A program made the translations under genes and the position numbers. This document shows positions 40,975-57,886 of a stretch of 64,000 bases of DNA, piece after piece. The first letter of the stretch is position 1, and every line of letters begins with the position of its first letter. Where the stretch lies: the NCBI RefSeq assembly GCF_009914755.1, contig NC_060930.1. The stretch is one strand, 5' to 3'. The notes beneath the pieces were generated by a model. It worked only from the letters and a program-made list of their open reading frames with translations. It was not told the origin of the DNA and searched no databases. This DNA is from the human T2T-CHM13v2.0 reference genome, Homo sapiens.

Positions 40975-41271
40975 CAGTTGGCCCTCCGTATCTGTGAGTT
41001 CCACATGAAAATATTTGGAAAAAAATTGTGTCTGTACTGAACATGTATAGGCTTATTTTCTTGTAATTATTCTCTAAGCAATACAGTATAACAACTATTT
41101 ACATAGCATTTACACTGTATTGGGTATTATAAGTAGAGATTAAAGTATAGGGAGTATTTGCATAGGTCATATGCAAATACTACATTTTATATCAAGGCCT
41201 TTAGCATCCAAGAATTTTGTATCCATGGGAGATCCTGGAAGCAAACCCCTACAGTTAACAAGGGATGACTG
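40975..41271. mobile_element. MER2 (TcMar-Tigger MITE)
   Basis: Terminal inverted repeats cagttggccct... / ...agggatgactg, a TA-type flank, and internal 'tacagtataacaactatttacatagcatttac'. Confidence 0.85.
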
Positions 41272-43067
41272 CATATATTTTAATCTCAAATTACATCTTA
41301 ATAGTTACCTCTCACTTTGAAGGCACAGAAAAAGATGACAGTTTGCTGCCTTCCTGGGTAGAAAATGAGAGAAATTAAATAAATTATAATGGAGCCGATT
41401 TAGAAACACAAAACATTCATTTTTTTACCATCTGGTAAACTGAGAGGGAGTATACAGGACACGAAAACCTGAAATGTTCTAATGCCCATTGAAGCACATT
41501 TATATTAATCAAATAGAAATGTATCATGGCTTTAAACTCCCTTTATTGGCTCATCCAAATCAAATTGAAAAATTATGAGGTTTCTATCTGAAATATCTAT
41601 AAGCTGGGCAGATAAACTTATGTGTGAATCAGGTTGAGTGCAAAACAATAGTGTGGGATGTGGGCTGAAAAGAGTACGTTTCTGTGCACTTCCTGAAAGG
41701 ATTTCAATTTAATTTTTGTAAAACACTGTGTCGCAGAAAATATGTGCAATGGCCATATGCAACCTGTGGGCAGCCAGTTTGCCACCTTCATCCTAATTTG
41801 CAACCTGACCTTTAAAGATAGAACGGATGTACCGGCAGCCTAAGAAACTATCAGAAAAACAATATTAGCCAATTCAACTCCATGATACACCTGAAATCTT
41901 CTTTATAAACAAGGTAAGATATTAGCGACACATAAAATAAATATAAACCCAGTGGTCTCATCCTTCTAGGCTGTGTTCAGATGATTAGAGCTGCACTCCT
42001 ACCAGCAAGCAGCTTTATAAACACAGGTGAAATTGTCAGCTCTTTTACTCTCTGCTGCACTGCTGCATTCATTTCCATTCCCCTGTATTCACTCTCCCTC
42101 CTGGCGCCTGAAACCAGATAATAGAGGCTAATATATTGGGAGAACAATAGAGGTTAAGTAAGGATATTGAAATGATTAAACCCACAGGGAAAAGCTGGAC
42201 CAAAGTATTGCATTTCCATACATCTCCTCACTGCTTTAAAATACCATTTAGCCTTTTTTTTTTTTTTGAGACCTGATAGCTGCTTATCACTTGTTAATTG
42301 ACTCTGAGTGCCTAGTGGGTTTAGTTTCCATTCAAATTGAGCCTGCAGAGAGAAAGCAATGAAAGAAAAATGACAGCACTGAAGCAAAGGATGGAGGCAG
42401 ACAGTGTCTCCTGCCCAGTAGCATTACAATGATCTGAGAGAATAGGGGAAGATGAACTCTCTGACATCTCATAACTGTGGCATGAAAAATGGGGATCAGG
42501 CAAATAGTAATGTAGGTAAGAAATTTTCCTATTACCATTGTATTCCACTTCAACCAGGCAAAATGACAAGAAAGTTTCAGTTGGCATTTGTAACCATGTA
42601 CCAAATTATGATCTTGGTAGAATATTTTTTTCTTAATTTGCAGCTTCTTATTCTTTTTTTAGTTATAATGCTAAAGCCAAAATGAGAAAATAAAAAAGTG
42701 TTTTTGCAAAGTATTTGGTTTTAATTTTCCATTTTAAAAGATCAGAAAGATTATCTAAAAGATGAGGTCTCTGAATTGGCCTAAATTTTGTAGGCAGAAG
42801 AGGAAAGACAGAGAAATGTGTGTCTATAAATTTTAAATAAACAGAGTTTTATTTTTCAGCTATTAAAGGATAAGCTTTGAACTAGAAATAGAAGACAATT
42901 CATTAAGATTAATCAGCTTTCCAGTTAAGGAAAATATAGTAGTTTGACACCTGAATCACTGTTTCTAAAATAATTTTTAATTTATCTAGTTGTGCCTTTG
43001 TTTCTAGCATAGGTACTAGCAACTTTATTTCTCTATAGGTAAGTTTGGCCAGAATGCTTTCAGTCAT

Positions 43068-43752
43068 TGTAAGGACAATTATAAATAAAATATAGGAGGC
43101 TTAATTTCCCTGTTGAAAAGAAGAGATTTCCTTCCCCTCTTTTTCTTAGTGCATTTATTTTAGAAATTATAAGTAGTTTCTCCTCTTATAAAAACTGTAT
43201 ATGAATACTTTTGAAAACTAGATAGGTTGTCAGTTTTATGACCCAGAGATGTCTTTTTCAAGGACTTGGGAATTATATCCTTTGAACATAAACACCTAAA
43301 AAGATAGCACTCCTGTATTCTATTTTCAGGAGGATACAAGCCTAACTTTAGCTGATGCCTGGCTCCAAGTTATAAAACTACCTAATTTCATAAAGATATG
43401 AGAAAATTATTTTTCTTTTGTATAAGCCAATTAACTAACACAGATGGTAACTTCAATTATTAGGTGAATTTAAGATAAATTATGTGAAATAAATGGTGCT
43501 GTCAGGGCCTCTTACTGGAGAACTAACATTGTTTCCCTTAAGGATATGTATATGATAGATTGTATTTGCTCGGCTATATGAAGGGTGAGATCTCTTTCTA
43601 TCTTTTCTGTCTCTTGGCAGATTACCTGTGATGTGCATTACATGGAAATTTAATGCTTATTCAATCATCAAAGTATTTTATTCTCTGCTACTTTTGTGGA
43701 GAAGATTTCTAGGTTGAGAGAAGGGTTTGTTTTTAATTCTATTTCCCCAACA
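43068..43752 (+). mobile_element. ERV1-class solo LTR, MER89/MER90-like
   Basis: TG...CA termini (tgtaaggac ... ttccccaaca) with the 4-bp TSD tcat on both sides. Confidence 0.75.
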
Positions 43753-44019
43753 TCATCAATAATACTAAACTTATTTTCAGGACATGTTTTATTTCATTTG
43801 GGTATAATATACTTGTACACAAAGGTGAAAGCTGGCAGCCTGATTATAATATGTCATTGTGTTTACTCACCATCAGGTGTTCATTGAGAGGAAACATGAC
43901 GTTCAGATCCTTGATTCTAAAAATGTGTTTTAGACTATTTCCACCTAGGTTTTTTACAAAATAAATATGGAAAAGTCTTGCTTAGTTACAGAAGCTCTCC
44001 GTATTAAAAAAAAAAATAC

Positions 44020-45043
44020 TCTGGATGGAAGGGAAGAACATCACGGTAAAATAGAAGCCTCCACCAGTCATCTCCCCCACAGGAACACCAAATTTAACAA
44101 CTTTCTACATAAAAAACACATTTATAAGAACCAAAAATCAGGTACCAGGTCAGACACCATGGGGTAGAGCACCAAGCAGGCTCTAGGCTCTTGGACAGCA
44201 TTTCTGGACATGCCCAGGGCCAGAGAGCATCCCACTGCTCTGAATGGTGAGTCCTAGGCCTGGCTGCTTTCACCACAAGCTGACTGAAGAGCCCTTGGGC
44301 CTTAAGTGAACCTCAGCAGTAGCCTGGTAGTACTTGTGGCTCTGTGGTGGTAATAGCCATGGGGAAAGGCTACTCTGCCTGTGGAAAGGGGAGGGAAGAA
44401 TGGGGAGGACTTTGTCTTTGGTTCGAGTGCCAGCTTAACTGCAGTAGAATAAAACAACAGGTAGATTTCTAAGGTTTTTAACTCCAGTGCCTGCCTCCTG
44501 AATGACATCTTCCTGGGCCCTGGGTAAACTCGCTGCCCTGAAGGAAAAGACCTATCTGGCTTTCCTGCCTGCTGATTGTAGAGCTCTAGGGTCTTACATA
44601 AACATAGATGGCAGCCAGGTAGTGATTGCAGTAGGCCTGGAGCGACACCCAGTGCTGTCCTGGCTTCAGGTCTGACCCAGCACAGTCCCAGTGATGGTGG
44701 CCACAAGGGTGCTTGTGTCATCCATCTTCCAGCTCCAGTGGCTCAGCACAGAGAGACAGAGACTTCATTAGTTTGGGAGAAAGTAAGGGAAGAGAGTAAG
44801 AGTCTCTGTCTGGTAATGCAGAGAATTTTTTTCAGATCTTATCTAAGACCACCAAAGCAGTACCTCTACAAGTCTGCAAGAACCACAGCATTACTGGGTT
44901 TGGGGTGCCTCCTAATGCATATATCGCTTAAATTACAACACCCACATCTCTTTGAATACCTGGAAACCCTTCCCAAGAAAGATGGATATGAACAAGCCCA
45001 GAGTACAAAGACTACAATAAATACCTAACTCTTCAATGCTCAC
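44020..45043 (+). mobile_element. Isolated L1 5'UTR (L1M1/L1MA-type), ending at about the ORF1 start
   Basis: 'atagaagcctccaccagtcatctcccccacaggaacaccaaatttaacaac...aagaaccaaaaatcagg' through 'gactacaataaatacctaactcttcaatgc'. Confidence 0.75.
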
Positions 45044-45109
45044 TTGAAAGACAATGGTTTTACTCTTCCTCTCTCACTGTCTATTCTTAGGGAGGCAGCC
45101 ACAGAGAAT

Positions 45110-45690
45110 TAAAAGAGAAGGCAGATCATGCCTCTCCTCCACTCAGACCCTCCATTGCTGCGTATCTCACTGGCGTAAAAGCCGGTGTTCTTTTGGCAAG
45201 ACTCCTTGTGATCTGCTCCCCACTGCTACCTTTTTGACCTTATTTCCTACCTTTTCCCCCATCATTCCTCTCCAGCCACACTGGCCTCCTCCTTGTCCTC
45301 CAGCTCACAGGCCATGTGCATGGCATTTGTTGTCTCTGCCAGAGTTGCACTGCCATGTGGATGATTCATTACTTCACTTCATTTATATGTTCACAGAAAT
45401 GCCACCTTCAATGGCCACCCTAGCTAAAATTATACCTCTTTTTCTCCATGAGTTGGGGATCCCTATATTCCTTTCCAGTTTTTGTTTTTGTGTTTAACAT
45501 CTACCATCATTTACACATGTACATATTGTTTGTTTTTCTTGATTATGATCTATATCTTCCCAATACAATATAAATTCATGAAGGTAGAGATTTTTGTCTC
45601 TGTTGTTTACTGCTGTATCCTGAGTATCTAGGACAGTGCCAAGTATATAGTAAGTGTACAAAAACTATTTATGTGTTAAATAAACTGAGT
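45110..45690 (+). mobile_element. L2a 3' portion
   Basis: 'ctccagccacactggcctcct', 'ccatg/catgaaggtagagatttttgtctctgttgtttactgctgtatcc...ctaggacagtgcc'. Confidence 0.8.
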
Positions 45691-45914
45691 CTGTACAATT
45701 TTATTTTAATTAAAAAAATGCATTTAGAGACAGTAAGCATTTGCCCAAGGTCCCAGGTACAGCTAGTGGTAGTGATAAATGAAGACAAGACTGAAATCAA
45801 AAAAGAGATTAACAAAGCCAAAGGTCATTTCATATGCAGAAACAGCTTCTTGTGATGACTGTATCCTTCTTCAATTGAAGCTTCTTTGTGGGTACTCCCA
45901 ATATGATAACATGC

Positions 45915-47225
45915 ATATTATTCAATAGCATTTATTAGCACGTTATATTCCAAGCCCTGTTCCAGCTGCTGGCAATTGGCAGCGAGCTCAACGAGCAAGA
46001 ATTATGCTTGTTTTAAGCTTGTCTTCCAGTAGAGGAATACAAACAATAAAAAAAGAAAGTATCCATCAATGACAAATGTTGTAAAACATGTTGGTATCAT
46101 ATTAAGTGTTTGGTGTAGAGTGGGAGAGGGGGTTTATTTGAAACTTAATGTCCAAAGAAGAATTCTTCGAGGAAGGGAAATTTTAATCTACAGTCTTCAT
46201 GAGAAGAGTAAGATGTCTGCAAAATGTCTGCAAAGATCTTGTCAAAGACCTTTCCAGATAGAGGAAATAACTATTAATAGTATAAAGGTTTATAGTTGGA
46301 AAGAGCCTTCCACACTGGAGTAACAGAATGCCAGAGCGGTTGGAACATAGCAAAAAGGGACAGCATTATATGAGATGAGTTTTGAGAGACAGGCAGATGC
46401 TAGTTTATATGTAGCCTCATAAGCCAAAGTAAACAAGCAAAGAATTGTTATTATTAAGCAAGAGAATAACACAATCTGATTTACTGAGCACAGATCACCC
46501 TACTTGTTACTTGACATACTGTGTAGTACATAGAAGAAGGAGAATATTTCAGTGATTCAAGATACATATGATGATATCCTGAAGGAGGGTTGAAACCATG
46601 GATGTGTGGAGAAGTGGATAAATTTGTGATGTAATTTGGAGTTTGAATCAACAAAAACTGTTTGTGGATGAAGAGAGTAAGGAACCAGAAAAAACTCAAG
46701 GTTAGAACTTTGGATTTTGGCTTCAGGTACTCATGAATGGAGTAGCCAAGGAAGAATGGGATGCATAAGATTTTTAGGGGGAAAAAAAAAAACCAAGAGT
46801 TCTGCTTTGATCATGTAAATATTGAGATGTCTATTAGAAGTCAGGTGGAGATGTCAGATTGGTAGGTGACTATGTGCCTTTGAGCTGATGATACAAGTTG
46901 GGGAGTAAACATAATATTATGAATAGGATTTAAACCCAAGGGAAGGGGGTCACTTATAGAAAAGGTATAGTTAACAGTTTGAGCCAATATTTGATGTTTT
47001 AATAGAAGACAAGTCATCCAAGGCTTCTGGGAAGGAAAGGCCAGTAGGGAGGAGGGATACCTGTAGGGTGTGATGTTACAGAAGACAGGGAGGGAGTGGT
47101 TAACTCTGCTGGACATTGCCCATGGTTCACTGAGATGAAGACAGAGTAGTGACCACTCTGGCAACATGGAAATAATTGGTGACCTTGACAAAAGTGGTGG
47201 CACCGAAGTGGTGGGGACCATACTA
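45915..47225 (-). mobile_element. L2 LINE fragment
   Basis: 'ttcaatagcatttattagcac', 'ccaagagttctgctttgatcatgtaaatattgagatgtctattaga', 'attggtgaccttgacaa'. Confidence 0.75.
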
Positions 47226-50200
47226 TGGATAGAGGCTCAGTTACTTGATGACTTTCTTCACTGAGAGAAAGCAGCGATTGAAGTACACATCAGTTAATGA
47301 ATTATCCATGACTTCAAATCTTGTTTATAGATACTAGTCCTAGTTTTTTCCATGACACTATTCAATATCTGTATTCGTATTTAATTATGGATATTCCAGT
47401 TGTAAATTACAGACACTTTGTTAAAAAAAGGAAAATCTCATGCATGAGTTTACCTATAAGATTAAACATTTAACCAGTTAGTTGAAACAGTTATGAAGCC
47501 AATTACATTTGAAAACCAATTACAGGGGAGGAGATTCTTCTCCTTATGGTTTCATCAGTGTATATATTTATAGGTTTAAGGAAATGTTAAACAGATATTT
47601 TCAAAGATACTTTGAATTTGTAATACCTGGAGGGAATATCTACAATTTACTCTTTCAATACTTGGCAGATGGCAAACCCCAGAAAATAATTTTGCCTTTT
47701 ATAAACATAATATATTTCATCAAGACAGTAGTTTAAATCTCCTGCTTGCTAGGGCTGGTTGGGTTCCTCTGCTCCCCACTGACAGAGAACATGGGCAAAG
47801 CATCAACAAAATGCACAGAAATGCTCTGAGAAGCTAGTATTCATTGTTTAAACTTATCATGTTCTAATATTGAAACCTAGAAATAGTCAGATTTCAAACT
47901 CTTCACAGCAGGTATTAAGTAAAGAGGAAGAAGAGAAAATCATCATTAATTCAGCCTATTGAACTGTCCTGACATGTACAATATGGCATGCTGTTTCAAA
48001 TATATGTTATTTTCCTGCTTGTAGTAGTCCGTCTGTTAAGAAGGTTTCTTTGAGTACTTTAGTTAAAAATAAGAAAACTTCAACAATACACTTTCTGAAA
48101 CCTTTTGAGTTCTTGTGGATTGTATGACATTCAACATAATGTATCACAAATGAAGAATTTGCAAACAAAAGTCATTTTCTCTCTGTCATTTAAAGAACAC
48201 AGCTTGAAGATGTTTAGAGCACAGCATAGCTCAGCACAAAGTGTTTCAGGGGAAATAAGTTGTGTAGGTGGCAAAATACCCCTACATCAGGGGGTTGATG
48301 ACTGCTGTACATTAGCCAAATAAAGTTACCATTTATATTCCAATTGTAAATACGTTATTTTTTCTTAAAGTTGGCATGTTTTAAATATCTTAAGATGTAT
48401 GTATAAGATATATATATAGAGTGGGTGTGTTTTAAATATCTTAAGAAGAAACATCTTTAATAGCAAAAAATGTTGCTTTATTTAAGTGTGAAATTATGTC
48501 ATTAAATGTGTAATATAAATTCAAGGGGAATGAATATGGTCTAATGGGTCTCCAAGTACAAATTGTATAGGAAGAGACTTCTATACAATTTAATAAGCAA
48601 TTCCCTCTCTCTTAAAATAGATCTTATACTTTCAAATAAGAGAATGCTTGCATTAATTCTAAAAGCATCAGTGTAAAATATACCCAGTAAAGATTAATAT
48701 GGAAAAATTATTTGAATTCTGAAGTTCTTTTTCTTCCTCCGTTTAATTTCTATAAATACTTTTTAAGGAATTTATTTTTTAGAACCTACACTACATTGTC
48801 TCTATAAGTTTGGCTACTGTATATTAAATTCAATGGGCAATGCAGAGCAGTCTTATCAGAAGAGTTGTCAATGTCTTACTGGGATCCATTATTCTTAACA
48901 AGTACTCCATATGTCATGTAAAAGATTATTGAAAAAAAAATGAAATTCAAAATATTCCAAAGGCATTTCCAACAAAATGTGACTCTCAAGGCTTCTGCTT
49001 ACTTTACATTCCTTTTCATGTTTTTTTCTAAACCTCTTTGCTTGTCTGCATTTTCCTCCCCCTGATCATTTTCAGCAGATGTGTATAAGGCATTAAAATA
49101 AAAAATTCTGTTTCTGCCTGAAGCAGCTCATGCGTTGCACAGTCATTTTGAGGTATGCAAGACAAAAATTTGAAAACATCTATGATTAGTTTGTAAACAA
49201 ATTGCAAATCATTTGTGAATTTGGTTAAAGAGATTGTATTGAAAATAGTGATTTGTATCAGCAAAGATAAGGACATTTTGTGCTAAGCAGAATATATATC
49301 TGATTGTTTCTTAATAGAAAACCTAAAGCAATTTTCTGATAATTTGAGTGCCTAAGTGTTGGATCATATTACCGTAATCCTCACTTCATTTCTTTTAAAC
49401 TGAGTAACACTTTTTTCCTTATTGAAGAGAATTTATTAGTATATCTTCCATTTAAAGATTTAATCTGTGATTTATGAGTGTTTGGCACCCAAGACAGAAG
49501 GATTTTTCAATAGGACTCTGTCATATATGGTTTCTTAGCTTTTACTTTTTTTTTTAATTTTCTAGATTAAATTAAGCCAACTTAGATTCCTTCTAATATT
49601 ACCCAAAAGGCTCCTTTTCTCACATTGAGATAAATAAAATGGTAGTTCAACCCTTCCATAAAAAGTGTGTGTTCAAAGTCATGCTTTTTGTTCTCTTTTA
49701 GGGTGGTTTGGATGTTAGGGACTTATTATGACATTTTTGTTTCACTTGTTTAGTAAGACTACTTCATCTCGCTCCCTTAAAGAGCTATTTACCCACAATG
49801 ATGGCTCCTTCTCTTACTCTAAGTATCTCATCTAAGGGAGACGTGCAGAAAAGAGCTGATCCCCCGTACATGAGGCAATTAAATAATTTAACAAAGCAGA
49901 ACACAGGTACTTCTCTATTTTATTTTTGTTTTGTTTTCAGTGTCCCAACAATTGACCATTTGGAGAAAACAGTAATAACAATAATGACAAGGCCCGTGTA
50001 TACATGCTTTATAGTCATTGCATCATCAACATCTCTCTCTTATTTGACTCTGTAGTAGATTCTAAAGCAAGAAATGGTTAATCTAAGATGCAGTCACCAT
50101 GGAAATTGAATTTTCTCTTACATTTGTAAAAAAAATGCATCAGTTTGCTTCATTCACGCTGTGTCAAAGTTCTGATTCAAACCAAATAACTCCATGGAGT

Positions 50201-50449
50201 TATTTACTGCTTGACTCGTTTTCCTTAATGTAATAATTACAAAGACTTATTGCATTCAGGTTACAAAGTGCTTTTGAGCCTCACATCAGCTTGGTAAAAG
50301 AAGCAGTGCAGGTGTGTGTTATCATTCTCAGTGGTGAAATTAAGACGAACCCAAGCCTTCATCAGTGGCTCCCTTACTCACCTCCAAAAATTCAACACAG
50401 ACTATCATATGTGTCCTGACACAATGCATCAAAGTACAAATAAACTTAC

Positions 50450-50520
50450 CAGGGCTTTCTACGGCACAAATATATTTTAGCAAGCTCATCATCGTTCAAA
50501 GAGCCCCCAAGAGAGCAGAG
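50450..50520 (-). other. Candidate 71-nt spliceosomal exon (unassigned transcript)
   Basis: Minus strand reads aaCTAACaccttcattctggCAG|exon|GTAAGTtt and lies in repeat-poor DNA. One frame is open (LCSLGGSLNDDELAKIYLCRRKP). Confidence 0.3.
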
Positions 50521-51367
50521 CTGCCAGAATGAAGGTGTTAGTTAATTTCACCTTAAATTTAATCCTATTTGCTGCCATGGTTCATGTCACTTTCTAAGAT
50601 CACAAGGCCACGGTGGTGCTGTGATCTATCCCAAATAGAATATAAGTCATTCTCTTCCACGTTTTTTCCATAACACAAGAACACCAGTGGGTGAGATTTG
50701 GTGGAAATAGAAGTTTGGGAGAAAATACCTACCTAACATTCTAAGCATTTATGGTAATCAATTTGTTTAAGACTGCTTTTTACTTTTGATGTTTCTAAAT
50801 ATATTAAGATGATTTGTTTTTGCGCTATCTGAAAAATAAATAACGCAGACAACAAACTGTTGTGGATTATGGGATTTTTAGACAACCCAGATGAGATATG
50901 TAAAGTAGACATTGCTCATTTTTTTACATATGATCTAAGGAGAAAATCTTATGTGGCTATTGAAAACTCTGGAAACATAAAAGTACTTCTTAGTTTCATT
51001 TTTCTCTTTTAAAACTAATAAGATAAATTAAAAAATCACATTATCAAAGGAATCTGTTATATTCAATTTGAAGAAGAACCTGCACCAGGCAGATGTATAG
51101 CATCCAGTAATGTCCCGAGCACTAAGGGTCATTCATTGTGGGAAAGGGGGGACCTAGTCCACCATGTCCTCAAGGAGTCATAATGCAGTACAGCTGCCTT
51201 GATATAGGGAGAGAGTTTGATCCTAGATCAGGAGGCAGGATGACAATGTGGCTAAGACTGAAGCCTTCAAAGTTAGATCTACCAGGCTTTAATTCCCTAC
51301 TCTGTGACCTACTACCTGGGTGATAGTAGGTAGATTATTTATTATCGGGATTATTTATTATTGGGAT

Positions 51368-51369
<2 letters not shown>

Positions 51370-51407
<38 letters not shown>
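51370..51407. repeat. (CA)n microsatellite
   Basis: Directly visible. Confidence 0.95.
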
Positions 51408-51410
<3 letters not shown>

Positions 51411-51542
51411 AAGTTTTGAATATGCCATACAGTCAAACAATTCAAGAATCAAAACAATATGAAAATATATAAAATGAAAAATCTTGCTTTTACCATTACC
51501 CCCAATTACTACTTCCCATTTCACTTAAAACACAAATATTTG

Positions 51543-51846
51543 GCAGGGCGCGGCGGCTCACTCCTGTAATCCCAGCATTTTGAGAGGCCGAGGCGGGTGG
51601 ATCACGAGGTCAGGAGATCGAGACCTTACTGGCTAACATGGTGAAACCCCGTCTCTACCAATAATACAAAAAATTAGCCAGGCGTGGTGGCGTGTGCCTG
51701 TAATCCCAGCTACTCAGGAGGCTGAGGCAGGAGGATGGGGTGAGCCAGGGAGGCAGAGCTTGCAGTGAGTGGAGATGGCGCCACTGCCCTCCAGCCTGGG
51801 CGACAGAGCAAGACTTCGTCTCAAAAAAAAAAAAAAAAAAAAAAAC
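51543..51846 (+). mobile_element. AluY
   Basis: Y-type 'gatcacgaggtcaggagatcgagacc..ctggctaac' and 'gcagagcttgcag', a long A tail, and a near-TSD caaa(t/c)attt. Confidence 0.92.
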
Positions 51847-52110
51847 CAAACATTTATGTAATATTTTAGACTTCTTAATGCAAATGCTTCTTTTTTCTTT
51901 TTTTAAATTGTACTTTAAGTTCTAGGATACATGTGCACAATGTGCAGGTTTGTTACATATGTGTATATGTGCCATGTTCGTGTGCTGCATCCATTAACTC
52001 GTCATTTACATTAGGTATATCTCCTAATGCTATCCCTCCCCTCTGCCTCCACCCTATGTCAGGCCCCAGTGTGTGATGTTTCCCACCCTGTGTCCAAGTG
52101 TTCTCATTGT

Positions 52111-56231
<4,121 letters not shown>

Positions 56232-56293
56232 TATGATGTTAGCTGGATATTTTGCTCATTAGTTATGCAGTTTCTTCCTAGCATTGACGGTCT

Positions 56294-57316
56294 TTACAAT
56301 TTGGCATGTTTTTGCAGTGGCTGGTACTGGTTGTTCCTTTCCATGTTTAGTGCTTCCTTCAGGAACTCTTGTAAGGTAGGCCTGGTGATGACAAAATCTC
56401 TCAGCATTTGCTTGTCTATAAAGGATTTTATTTCTCCTTCATTTATGAAGCTTAGTTTGGCTGGATATGAAATTCTGGGTTAAAATTCTTTTCTTTAAGA
56501 ATGTTGAATATTGACCCCCACTCTCTTCTGGCTTGTAGAATTTCTGCCAAGAGATGTGCTGTTAGTCTGATGGGCTTCCCTTTGTGGGTAACCCGACCTT
56601 TCTCTCTGGCTGCCCTTAACATTTTTTTCCTTCATTTCAACTTTGGTGAATCTGACAATTATGTGTCTTGGAGTTGCTCTTCTTGAGGAGTATCTTCATG
56701 GCGTTCTCAGTATTTCCTGAATCTGAATGTTGGCCTGCCTTGCTAGTTTGGGGAAGTTCTCCTGGATAATATCCTGTAGAGTGTTTTCCAACTTGGTTTC
56801 ATTCTCCCTGTATCTTTCAGGTACACCAATCAGACGTAGATTTGGTCTTTTCACATAATCCCGTATTTCTTGGAGGCTTTGTTCATTTCTTTTTACTCTT
56901 CTCTCTCTAAACTTCTCTTCTCACTTCTTTTCATTCATTTGATCTTCAGTCACTGATACCCTTTCTTCCAGTTAATCGAATTGGCTACTGAAGCTTGTGC
57001 ATGCGTCACACAGTTCTTGTGCCATTGTTTTCAGCTCTATCAGGTCATTTAAGTTCTTATGTACCCTGTTTATTCTAGTTAGCCATTCATCCAATCTTTT
57101 TTCAAAGTTTTTAGCTTCTTTGTGATGGGTTCGAACATCCTCCTTTAGCTTGGAGAAGTTTGTTATTTCTGATCTTCTGAAGCCTTCTGTCTACTCGTCA
57201 AAGTCATTCTCCGTCCAGCTTTGATCCATTGATGGTGAGGAGCTGCATTCCTTTGGAGGAGAAGAGGTGCTCTGACTTTTAGAATTTTCAGCTTTACTGC
57301 TCTGGTTTCTCCCCAT
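56294..57316 (-). pseudogene. L1 ORF1p, disrupted
   Basis: MGRNQSSKAENSKSQSTSSPPKE start at 57316. No intact ORF. Confidence 0.85.
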
Positions 57317-57886
57317 CTTTGTGGTTTTATCTACCTTTGGTGTTTGATGATGGTGATGTACAGATAGGGTTTTGGTGTGGATGTCTTTTCTGTTTGTTAG
57401 TTTTCCTTCTAACAGGACCCTCAGCTGCAGGTCTGTTGGAGTTTGCTGGAGGTCCACTCCAGACGCTGTTTGCCTTGGTATCACCAGCAGAGGCTGCAGA
57501 ACAGCAAATATTGCAGAATGGCAAATGTTGCTGCCTAATCGTTCCTCTGTAAGCTCGTCTCAGAGGGGCACCCGGCCGTATGAGGTGTCAGTCAGCCTCT
57601 ACTGGGGGGTGCCTCCCAGTTAGGCTACTCAGGGTTCAGGGACCCACTTGAGGATGCAGTCTGTCCGTTCTCAGATCTCAACTTCCATGCTGGAAGAACC
57701 ACTACTCTTTTCAAAACTGTCAGACAGGGACCTTTAAGTCTGCAGAAGTTTCCGCTGCCATTTTTTCAGATATGCCCTGCCCCCAGAGGTGGAGTCTACA
57801 GAGGCAGGCAGGCCTCTTTGAGCTGCAGTGGGCTCCACCCAGTTCGAGCTTCCAGACCACTTTGTTTACCTACTCAAGCCTCAGCA

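Noticed and set aside
44302-45497. 139-aa and 147-aa ORFs
   Set aside because: Chance ORFs in the L1 5'UTR and in L2.
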